Source: an uncultured bacterium
Lineage (GTDB): Bacteria; Patescibacteriota; JACMRA01
Length of the DNA: 64,000 bases
Direction of reading: 5' to 3'
Assembly (NCBI GenBank): GCA_963784355.1
Contig: CAWAQU010000012.1
Coordinates: forward strand, 64,001-128,000
Below the pieces are notes generated by a model. The model searched no databases and was not told where the DNA came from. It saw only the letters and a program-made list of their open reading frames with translations. Shown here in pieces: positions 1-9,188 of this stretch. The position numbers were made by a program, and so were the translations under genes. How positions within the stretch are numbered: position 1 is the stretch's first letter; every line of letters starts with the position of its first letter.

Positions 1-134
1 CCCGGTAATGATAAGATAATATATGCCCAAAGAAAACCTCCTAATTTAGGATATAGCTCTACCTTCTGTTTTACATTTGGATTCGTTGGTTGGTATCTAT
101 TGTAGATTCTGTCGTTTGGTATGTCATTATTCAT
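1..134 (-). CDS. hypothetical membrane protein, N-terminal part (runs off window)
   Basis: Manual translation from ATG 134: MNNDIPNDRIYNRYQPTNPNVKQKVELYPKLGGFLWAYIILSLP..., open to the window edge with a hydrophobic segment starting. Confidence 0.55.
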   Translation of the reverse strand, partial: MNNDIPNDRIYNRYQPTNPNVKQKVELYPKLGGFLWAYIILSLP

Positions 135-309
135 AATTAGCTGTATTGAGGGTTGGTAGTAAAAGTACTTAAATTAGATTTGAAACTTATATAAACTTAA
201 GCTTTTTATTGAGTTAAGACTAACAAGAGTTGTTAAAAATGTAATAAATAGACTGAGCAACTATCTTGAACAATTTTGATTAAAATTATTATAAAATATT
301 TTGTTTATG

Positions 310-386
310 TGGTGCAACTGGCAGGGATCGAACCTGCGACCTTCAGGACCGCAACCTGACGCTCTAATCCACTGAGCTACAGCTGC
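310..386 (-). tRNA. tRNA-Arg(GCG)
   Basis: Reverse complement GCAGCTG...TAGCTCAGTGG...TCAGG-TTGCGGT-CCTGA...GGTTCGATCCC...CAGTTGC-ACCA; cloverleaf, anticodon GCG, encoded CCA. Confidence 0.95.
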
Positions 387-438
387 ATTAAATGGGCAAT
401 GCAATATACAAGCAAGTATTGCCCCGAATAATCATAAT

Positions 439-451
439 TGTCAAGTTGACA
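439..451. promoter_or_regulatory. back-to-back -35 hexamers for divergent tRNA-Arg and DsbA-family promoters
   Basis: TGTCAAgTTGACA gives TTGACA on both strands between divergent genes. Confidence 0.5.
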
Positions 452-483
452 TTACCGGAATATTCTCTCTAACTAAAGTTAAT

Positions 484-1245
484 ATGGCTAAAAGCTACGA
501 AGACAATTTTTGGCAAACTATTTGGGAATTTTTACCTGGAATAATAAAATTTTTATCTGTAATTGGAATTGTACTTTCATTGTTCAACTACTTCAATTTA
601 TCTGCGCTCCAACGAAACAATGCGTTGGTGGATAATGCAAAATATGATGTAAGTATTAGAAGAAGTTACAACCATATCGAAGGAAATGAGGCCAGTAAAG
701 TGACTTTGGTTTATTTTGTGGATCATCAGTGTCCTTATTGTCGTACCAATCAAACTGTTATGACAGAAGTAAAATCTGAATATAAAGATAAAGCATTATT
801 TGTATACAAGCACTTTCCTTTAGAATCTATTCATGTTTATGCAAAAACTGCAGCCAAAGCCGTACAAGCAGCTGGGAAACAAGGAAAATACACTGAATTT
901 AGTGCAAAAGCTTTTGATTTGCAAGATGGAAATAAATTTACCGGGAATAATTTAGAAGCTATCGCCAAAGAGTTAAATTTGGATGTAGAAAAGTGGAATC
1001 AGGATCGTAATAGCAATCTTATAAGTCAGGAAATTGAGAACGATGTAAAAGATCTAAGAGATATAGAGTTACCTGCAAACTCTTCAGGAGTCTCAAAACC
1101 CGGTGGGCAATTAGCAAATAGCGCAAAAGAAGGTTTAGGTACACCATTTTCAATTTTATATAAAGATGGAAAAGTTATGGATTGGTGGTCAGGAGGTTTA
1201 GATAGTCAAGGAATTAAAGCTAGGTTGGATAAAGCTTTAGAGTAA
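484..1245 (+). CDS. DsbA-family thiol-disulfide oxidoreductase, membrane anchored
   Basis: N-terminal TM, D-x-Q-CPYC motif, KHFPL, cis-Pro GTP. Confidence 0.88.
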   Translation: MAKSYEDNFWQTIWEFLPGIIKFLSVIGIVLSLFNYFNLSALQRNNALVDNAKYDVSIRRSYNHIEGNEASKVTLVYFVDHQCPYCRTNQTVMTEVKSEYKDKALFVYKHFPLESIHVYAKTAAKAVQAAGKQGKYTEFSAKAFDLQDGNKFTGNNLEAIAKELNLDVEKWNQDRNSNLISQEIENDVKDLRDIELPANSSGVSKPGGQLANSAKEGLGTPFSILYKDGKVMDWWSGGLDSQGIKARLDKALE

Positions 1246-1255
1246 ATTTTTGATT

Positions 1256-1465
1256 ATGAATTTGGAGCAAAAACTACTTAGACTGCAAGAAATACAGCAA
1301 TTACTTGAGCAAAAGAAAGTTAGCTTGTCTGAAAGTATGCCTTTACTCGAAGAAGCCTTTAAATTAAAACAGGAAATTGAAGAGGAGCTGACCAAAATGG
1401 AAAATAAATTGCTTGAACTTACGGAAACAGATTCAAAGAAAAATAATATAAACGAAGAAAATTAA
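1256..1465 (+). CDS. xseB: exodeoxyribonuclease VII small subunit
   Basis: LEQKLLRLQEIQQLLEQ...SLSESMPLLEEA...EEEL pattern, about 70 aa; ATG 1256 preferred over TTG 1250. Confidence 0.8.
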   Translation: MNLEQKLLRLQEIQQLLEQKKVSLSESMPLLEEAFKLKQEIEEELTKMENKLLELTETDSKKNNINEEN

Positions 1466-1466
1466 C

Positions 1467-1784
1467 ATGTCATCACAAGCTTTACCTGCAAGTGCAGTAA
1501 AAAAAATAGCTCACCTTGCTAGATTGAGCCAAAATCCTACTGAGGAATTTTTAAATAAATATGGTGAAGATCTTGGGGCAATATTGAGCTATGTTGAAGA
1601 ATTAAAAGAAGTTGATACTTTTGGTGTAAGTGCTTTAAATAGTAGAATAATACAAATTAATGAATTACGAGAAGATGAATTTGCAGAAGATAATAGCATT
1701 TATCAAAAGGTGAGGCAAAACATTATAAATAATTTCCCAAATAAGCAAAATAATTTGCTGGTGATACCAAGTATTTTTGAATAA
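1467..1784 (+). CDS. gatC: Asp/Glu-tRNA amidotransferase subunit C
   Basis: VKKIAHLARL...ILSYVEELKEVDT...LREDE...VIPSI. Confidence 0.9.
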   Translation: MSSQALPASAVKKIAHLARLSQNPTEEFLNKYGEDLGAILSYVEELKEVDTFGVSALNSRIIQINELREDEFAEDNSIYQKVRQNIINNFPNKQNNLLVIPSIFE

Positions 1785-1786
1785 GC

Positions 1787-3565
1787 ATGAATCACTCAAT
1801 ACAAGAGGATCGAAAAACCTGGAAATATAGACTTTTAGAAGCATCAATAGGGCTATCATCCATAATTTTCATATCACTTGTGGTAAGTTTCTCTTTTTTT
1901 GAAAGTAGCAGAAATGTGGTATCCATTTTTTTGATTATCTATAGTTTTCTATGGGTCCTAAAATTAAGTTTAAATACCTCATATACAATTTATACCTATA
2001 ATCAAGTTAGGAGATGGGAAAAATTTAATTGGGTAGAGTTTTTCTCCTACTTCCCAAACAATACCTCTCAAGCAAAAGCCAAACTTCAAGAATTTGCAAA
2101 CAAATATAAAGATAAAATAGATTGGAAGTATAAGATTGAAAATGACATTGCTCTTTTAAATAAAATAGAAAATACCAAATTTCAAAATATCGGTGAGATT
2201 TACCATGTAAACATCTTTTCAGTTTATAATGAACCTGCGGAAATTCTAATTAGGTCTCTAGAGAAAATTTACCAGGCGGGTTATAATTTAGGTAAAATTG
2301 TAGTGTTTGTAAGTCAGGAGGCTAGAAACGGAGCAGAAAAAAATAGATTATTTAGAGAAAGAATAAGTAAGGAAAATTGGCTTAGTACAAATTACTTTGT
2401 AGAAACTGAGTTAGATATAGTGTATTCAAAAGAGCATTTTGTCTCATCAGAAAATCAAGAATTTTGGGCTAAATATAAAAATACTGAACTTGAAAAAATT
2501 GAGTTATTGGCTGATAAATTAAATATAATTTTTACGGAACATCCTGATGGATTGGTTGGTGAGGTAAAAGGAAAGGCAAGCAATGAGGATTGGGGTTCTA
2601 GGCAAGCTTCTTTATTTGTAAAAGCAAAACAGATTGATCCCGAGCTAGTTTTGGCTACTAGTTTAGATGCTGATTCTCACATAGATAAATACTTTTACCA
2701 CAACCTATCTTACAGATTTTGTTTAGAAGAGGATAGATTTAGAAGAGGATTCCAACCAGTGCATAGTTACTCCAACAATTTTTTTCAGACAGGTATTTGG
2801 TCTAGGCAAGTAGCGGCCCAAACCACGCTTCATAATATGAGTCAATTGGCACTTGAAGAAGAAGTCACTTTTTTTGCTATTTATAGTGTGCCTTTAGTAG
2901 TCTTACAACAAGTAGATTTTTGGGTCAGAGAAGTAATTGCCGAAGACTCGCTTTTATTTATAAAATGCCTTATTCATTTCAACGGAAACTTTAAAGTAGT
3001 ACCTTTCTACGGAGTCTTTGAAGGAGATGCAGTAGAAGCTGACGACTATTTTGAAACAATATATAATCAGTATAAGCAGCTTCAGAGATGGGCTTGGGGC
3101 GGTATTGAAGGATTTCCATATTTATTTAAAAGATTTTTTTGGGATAAAGAAAAGTCTGATATAGATATTAGAATTAGACTCAAGTGGGCTTTTCTGCTTT
3201 TCACTAATCATTTTTTTTGGTCCTCATCCCCAATTTTATTTTCTGCGGGTATAATCTTACCTCAACTTGCCGGTGGAGATTTGTTTAGATCAAAACCCAT
3301 TTCCCAAAATTTATCTTTATTTTCTCAGTACTTTGCCTGGGTTAGCTTTGCTTTCCTAGCAATTTTTACATACATTACTATATTTTACATTGGCCAAAAA
3401 GCTACGAAAAATATTGATGTCAAATGGTATCATTGGGCCTTAGTTATCCTGCAATGCCTTACTTCCCCCCTTATCTACTGTGTCATGGGTATTCCGGCAC
3501 TAGATGCTCAGATTAGAGGTATTTTTGGTAGATATCTAACCTATTTAGTTACACCGAAAAAATAA
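1787..3565 (+). CDS. membrane-integral family 2 glycosyltransferase
   Basis: VYNE, GKA, DADS, AED and QLQRW (QxxRW) motifs with N- and C-terminal TM helices. Confidence 0.8.
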   Translation: MNHSIQEDRKTWKYRLLEASIGLSSIIFISLVVSFSFFESSRNVVSIFLIIYSFLWVLKLSLNTSYTIYTYNQVRRWEKFNWVEFFSYFPNNTSQAKAKLQEFANKYKDKIDWKYKIENDIALLNKIENTKFQNIGEIYHVNIFSVYNEPAEILIRSLEKIYQAGYNLGKIVVFVSQEARNGAEKNRLFRERISKENWLSTNYFVETELDIVYSKEHFVSSENQEFWAKYKNTELEKIELLADKLNIIFTEHPDGLVGEVKGKASNEDWGSRQASLFVKAKQIDPELVLATSLDADSHIDKYFYHNLSYRFCLEEDRFRRGFQPVHSYSNNFFQTGIWSRQVAAQTTLHNMSQLALEEEVTFFAIYSVPLVVLQQVDFWVREVIAEDSLLFIKCLIHFNGNFKVVPFYGVFEGDAVEADDYFETIYNQYKQLQRWAWGGIEGFPYLFKRFFWDKEKSDIDIRIRLKWAFLLFTNHFFWSSSPILFSAGIILPQLAGGDLFRSKPISQNLSLFSQYFAWVSFAFLAIFTYITIFYIGQKATKNIDVKWYHWALVILQCLTSPLIYCVMGIPALDAQIRGIFGRYLTYLVTPKK

Positions 3566-3583
3566 GAAAATAAATTTAAGAGT

Positions 3584-5086
3584 ATGAAAGTTAATCTGAA
3601 TTCTACAAAAAATGAATACGAGTCCAAATATCAACAAACACACAGAAAAACTTATTATTTACCTTATAAAAATGGGCTGAATAATTTAGATTTAGACATA
3701 TCAGATGGCTCCAACCAGAAATCTCAATCGGAAAAACCAAAAAAATGGGGAGGATATCTATTTTTACTTATTTTAGCACCGCTAATTTTATTAATTTTTT
3801 TATCAACGACAGTTTTAAACAACCAAAAACAATACAACCAATCAGTTCAAAGCTGTAAATCTCTACTTCAGGAAGCCAAGCAACAAGGTTTAAACATTGC
3901 AGACCTGAATTGTCCTGAGAATCAGATTAGTCTAACTTCTTTCACTAAAACAATTGACTACGAACCTTATTTTGAAAACCAAAAAGTATTAAAAGATCGT
4001 GAGAAAACAATACAAACTGAGATTGACATTGTAAATCAGAAGATAGCAAGTACTCAAAATCAATTGAAGTTACTTCAAGTAAATTATTCTGAGAAAATTA
4101 CCGAGCCCCAACCTAACAAAAATCTAGCAATTTATTTTGAAAATCAAAAACAGTATCTGGAAAACATCGGTATTTTACTAAATGAATCTAAAACAAAAAT
4201 CAATAACTCTATACAAATTTACTCAACCTTAATCAGTTACGGTGACAAATTGCAATTACAAAATCAACAACAATTTTTAAGTCAGTACACCAAATCAAGT
4301 GAGGATGAAAAAATTAAAGGATATCAAGAATTAATAAAAAAGATTGAAGAATTGCAAACGTTACTGGAAAAAAGTAATCCCACAGAGGAGGTAAAAGATC
4401 TGCTAAAATTTAAATTTTTCACTGGAGCGGCATTTAAGGATTTATATGAACAAATGGCGTACAAAAATGTTGCCCAAACCAGTCAGAATTTCAATATTAC
4501 CGGAGATGTTCAAGCAGACAAGCATATTGTTAATTTAGCTGAAAAAAGAGGCTACAAGAAGAGAAAACAAGCTTTTGAATCGGTTTTACAATCTGTTGAT
4601 GGTGAAAAGTTACAATCTGAGGCAAAACAAGCCTGGTTAGACATGAAAGCTGCTGCACTTAATGATGGGATTAAACTTGGTTTAGTCTCCGGCTATCGTT
4701 CGGTATCAGTCCAACAGGATTTATTTAAATCGCGGTTTGAAGAAGCCAGCAAAAAAGACAATAAACAACTGTACACTCCGGATGAAATAGTTCGAGGAGA
4801 TGCGGACGCTGTAATAGATAAAGTACTGCAAATGAGCTCGGTACCCAATTACTCCAGGCATCACACAGGATTTACTATTGATATAAAAGATGCTAATGAT
4901 AAAAATAGCTTCACCCAATTTAAAGATACTAAAGGGTATGAATGGATAATGAGAAATAATTATTTAAATGCTAAAAAATTCGGATTTATTCCAAGCTACC
5001 CGGCAGGTCAAAATAATGTTGGCCCGGAACCTGAGGAATGGGAATATGTTTGGGTCGGTAAAAATCTAGTAGAATTTAAGCAATAA
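3584..5086 (+). CDS. membrane-anchored coiled-coil protein with C-terminal M15B (VanY-like) carboxypeptidase domain
   Basis: SGYRS, SRHHTGFTID, KKFGFIPSYP, EEWEY. Confidence 0.8.
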   Translation: MKVNLNSTKNEYESKYQQTHRKTYYLPYKNGLNNLDLDISDGSNQKSQSEKPKKWGGYLFLLILAPLILLIFLSTTVLNNQKQYNQSVQSCKSLLQEAKQQGLNIADLNCPENQISLTSFTKTIDYEPYFENQKVLKDREKTIQTEIDIVNQKIASTQNQLKLLQVNYSEKITEPQPNKNLAIYFENQKQYLENIGILLNESKTKINNSIQIYSTLISYGDKLQLQNQQQFLSQYTKSSEDEKIKGYQELIKKIEELQTLLEKSNPTEEVKDLLKFKFFTGAAFKDLYEQMAYKNVAQTSQNFNITGDVQADKHIVNLAEKRGYKKRKQAFESVLQSVDGEKLQSEAKQAWLDMKAAALNDGIKLGLVSGYRSVSVQQDLFKSRFEEASKKDNKQLYTPDEIVRGDADAVIDKVLQMSSVPNYSRHHTGFTIDIKDANDKNSFTQFKDTKGYEWIMRNNYLNAKKFGFIPSYPAGQNNVGPEPEEWEYVWVGKNLVEFKQ

Positions 5087-5254
5087 TCTAGTCTGTATTG
5101 GCTATTAAAAACTACCCTGAAGTCAACTAAAAAAGCATTTATTTTAGCTCTTCAACCCAGTATTTTCCTAAAAATTGTATTTTCCTAAAAATTTGCTAGC
5201 CAACATTATTTTTCTGTGCTATAATTCTATAAACAAAGATATAAAGCAGACTTG

Positions 5255-7189
5255 ATGACAGCAAATACTTACAGCGATGGATTTCCGTTAACACCTTTAG
5301 AGGCAATAGAGTTTTCATACTTTTTGTCTGAGGGTGAAAAACAGGAATGGAGGGAATGGCTTCAAACTGCTACTATTGAGCAACAAAATGAGCTTGTGGA
5401 TATTCTCCACTCAATGTGGCTTGATAACCAGAAGCAAACTGTTCCGACTGCTTTCAATCCAAATAATAATCAACAAACGCAACAACAACCCGGGCTTTCT
5501 CAAGCACCTCCTAGTAATGCTTTTAATGTCTTCCCTCAAACTGACAACGCAAATTTTAATCAAGGTTTTAATAATAATTTTCAAAATTTTAACCCTGGTA
5601 TAAATCCTACACCACCTGCACAAGATGGATTAAATCATTTTGATTTTAACAATCCTCAAGTTTTCCCAAGCTCTCAGCAATCTCAACAGTTTAATCCAAA
5701 TCAAGGTTTTAACCAAAGTTCGACTCCAACACTAAATCAAATTCCAAATCAGACCTCAATTTACCCGAACCAAGGTTTAAATAATCAGCTTCCAAATTTC
5801 AATTTTAATCCTAACAGTCCTGAGCTACAAAATTACTCAACCTCACAAACTATCCAAAATCCGGAATCTCATATAAACAATTCTCAATCTGGTTTTGCTC
5901 AACCTACCATACCTACTATTACAACTCCAACTAACGATTTTAATTTTGACAACTCCGGCACTTCATCTTTTTCAAATCAACAACAAAATGATAGCAGCAA
6001 TTTTGAAGATCACTTTTCCAATTTTAGTTTTGCTACCGACGACGTTCCCGATCAACCTCAGTTTGATGATAGTTTTCAAGCTCCCAATTTAAGTGTACCC
6101 CAGATTAGCGCTACAGGATCAAATCGTACGGGAAATACTTTTGGGGGTCCGTCTAATAAAACAACCACTTCAGCTAACTTAATTGATTTGGATGATTATG
6201 AAGATGAAGATGATGACGGTTACTCAAAAGATCAGCATCCACTTTCACAGCCCATTATGGACCATGTCGGAGATGATCAAGAGGAAGCCTTGAGAAAAAT
6301 GGCCAATACTAAGTATAGCCCTAATCCTCTTCTGGATGATGACACACCCGCATTGGAAGAATTTGTATATAAAAATGCAGATGCTGAAAAGCCCGACAGC
6401 ACAAGTAATAAAAATAAAAACAACCAGTCAAAAAATACTCAAAATAAAGGCAGAAACGATAGGGACAATCAAAATGACAAACCGGAAAAACAGAAACCTA
6501 ATGAGAATGTAAAAGAAGAGAAAAAGAAAGCATTTTTAAACGCTAGCCAGATTAAGCAATCCGGTACTAAAGATGCTTTGGAAGAACTTTACAAAACTTA
6601 TCAAGGCAGTAGAGAAAAAAGATCTAGCTCACTAAATGAATTTGAAGAAAAGCAATCTATATTCTTTGATAAAATGATGCAGATAATGCTCAATTTCGAA
6701 GATGTGGGTAATTATTACGAAGCATTGATTGAAAAAATAATCGAAGTAAATGATAAGGTAGTCGAGCAAGCGAAAGATATTCAAATATTGAAAAATAGTT
6801 CACAAAGTCGAGGTGGGGTAAGTTTACAAGATCAAATTGATGAACTTAATGATGAAATTGATAGGGTAAATAGAGATTTAAGAGTTGTTAGAGGGGATCA
6901 AAGAAAAAAATATGATGAGGTGAGCGGTCAATTAGCTGCTTTTGGTGCTGATGTTTACAGGCAAGATGGTGTAATGCAAAAACTTGATTTAATGAAAGCT
7001 GATATAATTCAATTACAGCAAAAACTTAATATAAATACCGATTTTAAGCCAAAACAAGGTAATAATCAGCCTAAGCAAAATCAACAAAAGAGGTCTAATC
7101 AAGATTTTAGAAACAAAAATAATAATCAAAGCCAAAGCCAAAATGAGCCATCAGACTTTTCAGAACTTAGTGATATTGAAGAATTTTAA
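5255..7189 (+). CDS. hypothetical protein: N-terminal helical domain, long N/Q/P-rich then acidic low-complexity region, C-terminal coiled coil
   Basis: About 645-aa ORF; composition and heptad pattern read from the translation. Confidence 0.8.
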   Translation: MTANTYSDGFPLTPLEAIEFSYFLSEGEKQEWREWLQTATIEQQNELVDILHSMWLDNQKQTVPTAFNPNNNQQTQQQPGLSQAPPSNAFNVFPQTDNANFNQGFNNNFQNFNPGINPTPPAQDGLNHFDFNNPQVFPSSQQSQQFNPNQGFNQSSTPTLNQIPNQTSIYPNQGLNNQLPNFNFNPNSPELQNYSTSQTIQNPESHINNSQSGFAQPTIPTITTPTNDFNFDNSGTSSFSNQQQNDSSNFEDHFSNFSFATDDVPDQPQFDDSFQAPNLSVPQISATGSNRTGNTFGGPSNKTTTSANLIDLDDYEDEDDDGYSKDQHPLSQPIMDHVGDDQEEALRKMANTKYSPNPLLDDDTPALEEFVYKNADAEKPDSTSNKNKNNQSKNTQNKGRNDRDNQNDKPEKQKPNENVKEEKKKAFLNASQIKQSGTKDALEELYKTYQGSREKRSSSLNEFEEKQSIFFDKMMQIMLNFEDVGNYYEALIEKIIEVNDKVVEQAKDIQILKNSSQSRGGVSLQDQIDELNDEIDRVNRDLRVVRGDQRKKYDEVSGQLAAFGADVYRQDGVMQKLDLMKADIIQLQQKLNINTDFKPKQGNNQPKQNQQKRSNQDFRNKNNNQSQSQNEPSDFSELSDIEEF

Positions 7190-7226
7190 ATTGACAAAAT
7201 TTTCGGTACAGCTTAAAAAATAGTAA

Positions 7227-7373
7227 ATGCCAAATACTGATCTAAGTAAAGAACATGTTCTTGATAAATTTAGTATCATTTTATATGTAATAATGTTTTT
7301 TTGCATAATGGTATCAGTTATTTTTATTCTGGGCATCAGTATCAACCTTGTAAAAATGAATTTTAGATTTTAA
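7227..7373 (+). CDS. small single-pass membrane protein (48 aa), absent from the ORF track
   Basis: MPNTDLSKEHVLDKFSIILYVIMFFCIMVSVIFILGISINLVKMNFRF; TTGACA at 7191; stop lies 4 nt before the mraY start. Confidence 0.6.
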   Translation: MPNTDLSKEHVLDKFSIILYVIMFFCIMVSVIFILGISINLVKMNFRF

Positions 7374-7377
7374 TATT

Positions 7378-8490
7378 GTGAATTTACTGACATCTCTATA
7401 TTTGGAAGCAGCCAAAATCTTAAGTTATACAGCTCTATCTTTTTTGATAGCTATGTGGTGGGCGCCTAGCCTGATTAGCTTGTTAAAATGGTTGAAATTT
7501 TGGAAAAAGAAAAGTAGGGAAATTGCTACAACGGGTGAAAAATTCGAAGTTACCAAAAGTTTTTATGCACAAGATGAGGCCAAATTGCAAGTGCCTAGGG
7601 CAGGGGGCCTTTTAATATGGATAACTACTCTCAGTTTTGCCACATTTTTTTGGATTGTTTTAAAAATAGAACCAAATAGTAAATTTAGTCAGTTTTTAAA
7701 TTTTGTATCAAGAAAAGAAACATTTATACCACTAGGAACACTTTTTTTTGGATCAATTGTAGGGTTTATTGATGATGCGTTAGCTACTCTTGAAAATGGA
7801 GGAAACTACAAGGCAGGCGGGTTAAAGCTGAGTCATAGAGTAATTTTGGTCTGTATTTTAAGTTTATTAATTGGATTTTGGTTCTTTTTAAAGCTGAATT
7901 TAAATGATATTACTTTAATCCCGGGGTATTTAAATTTAACACATTTACAAATTCCCGGTGTTACAACAAATTGGGTTGTGATACCTGCTGTAGTTATTGT
8001 TTTGTTATCACTTTGGAGTAGTTCTGTTATTGATGGCTTCGATGGTTTGGCTACAGGTACTTTTATTCCAATTTATCTCTGTTTTGCGGGTATTGCCTTT
8101 GCAAGAGGCTTTTATGATATCTCAACTCTCTTAATGGTAATGGTTGGAGCGATGACTGCCTATTTATGGTACAATATACCTCCAGCTAGATTTATTATGG
8201 GGGAGACAGGGAGTATGGGAATACTGTTGATGCTAGGTGTAGTGGCTTTTCTAATAGATGCGGTATATATTATACCGATTGCAGGACTTATGCTTGTACT
8301 TACTTCTGCTTCAGACGTAATCCAGATTTTCTCTAAAAAAGTATTCAAAAGAAAAGTATTTTTGGCTGCTCCGCTGCATCACCACTTAGAGGCTATTGGT
8401 TGGCAAAGAAATCAGATTACTATGAGGTATTGGTTAGTTTCTCTAATGTGCTCTGTACTTGGTTTAGCTGTAGGGTTATTAGTTAGGTAA
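7378..8490 (+). CDS. mraY: phospho-N-acetylmuramoyl-pentapeptide transferase
   Basis: GFIDD, DGFDGLA, YNIPPARFIMGETGS, APLHHHLE. Confidence 0.92.
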   Translation: MNLLTSLYLEAAKILSYTALSFLIAMWWAPSLISLLKWLKFWKKKSREIATTGEKFEVTKSFYAQDEAKLQVPRAGGLLIWITTLSFATFFWIVLKIEPNSKFSQFLNFVSRKETFIPLGTLFFGSIVGFIDDALATLENGGNYKAGGLKLSHRVILVCILSLLIGFWFFLKLNLNDITLIPGYLNLTHLQIPGVTTNWVVIPAVVIVLLSLWSSSVIDGFDGLATGTFIPIYLCFAGIAFARGFYDISTLLMVMVGAMTAYLWYNIPPARFIMGETGSMGILLMLGVVAFLIDAVYIIPIAGLMLVLTSASDVIQIFSKKVFKRKVFLAAPLHHHLEAIGWQRNQITMRYWLVSLMCSVLGLAVGLLVR

Positions 8491-8759
8491 TAATATAAGC
8501 TAGGCGTCCTTATATTAAAAATAGAGTAATCTGTATTATTACTGTATTGCGATAAAATAATCAGTGTTTGATTCAGTGAACTAGAGTGTGATTTAGTTAA
8601 TAATAAAAACAGTCCTTCAATAATCAGATTTTACAATTTTGAAACACATTTTCTAAGATTAATTTGAATATAAATTACAAGTTTTTCACTTTTATTAAAA
8701 TAATTATAGTCATTTAGTATAGATAATTACTAAGCTAAAAGTTTTCCTTATAATATTTC

Positions 8760-8788
8760 TTGACAAATCTAATTTTTTTCTATATAAT
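8760..8788 (+). promoter_or_regulatory. consensus sigma70 promoter driving a non-coding region
   Basis: TTGACA(8760)-17 nt-TATAAT(8783), perfect consensus. Confidence 0.8.
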
Positions 8789-8793
8789 ATAAC

Positions 8794-9129
8794 TAATCTA
8801 AAACAGATTAATTTTACAGCTACCTTAGAACCCGGCAGGGAAAAACAAAAGCTACTATCAACACAATGGTGACTTCTGTTTCTGCCTGTACCTTAGTAAT
8901 AATCGGTGTTTGCTGAAACATTGGTATTACAAAAACAAAAATATAATAACACAAAAACATAAAAATTTTAACAAAAACAAAACCAACTTAAAAACAAAAA
9001 TACAAAAATTATTTAATGGGTCTGGGTAGAAAAAAATCAGCCGAAGTTAGTGTTAAAAAACTAACCCGTATCTCGAGGGTAACTGCCTGTACTTGTTTAA
9101 AACTTTTGGGGCTTAGTTACCCTTTTTTT
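8794..9129 (+). ncRNA. putative structured non-coding RNA of unknown family
   Basis: Bounded by a perfect promoter and a terminator; long-range helix 8820-8833/9018-9029, hairpins 8834-8886 and 8896-8930, G-free loop 8925-9017; no long ORF. Confidence 0.6.
9076..9129 (+). terminator. intrinsic terminator
   Basis: AGGGTAACT...AGTTACCCT followed by a T run. Confidence 0.65.
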
Positions 9130-9188
9130 GTTGCCCAAATAATTTAAAATTAAACCCAATTAGTACATTTTTAGACAAATTTTATATT

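Noticed and set aside
5160-5195. Tandem near-duplicate GTATTTTCC(C)TAAAAATT
   Set aside because: Only two copies in AT-rich DNA with no spacer, so not CRISPR; the function cannot be supported.
8820-8960. Minus-strand 46-aa hydrophobic ORF (MFLCYYIF...) and plus-strand 16-aa ORF (MVTSVSACTLVIIGVC, 8866-8916)
   Set aside because: The promoter, terminators and G-U pairs favour a plus-strand RNA, and the hydrophobicity follows from the A-rich tract. Not fully excluded.
8827-9027. AGAACCCGGC resembles the RNase P RNA CR-V strand and GTCTGGG resembles its P4 partner, suggesting a permuted RNase P
   Set aside because: The GAGGAAAGUC context and the UUA after CCCGGC are missing, and the same bases fit a simpler long-range helix.
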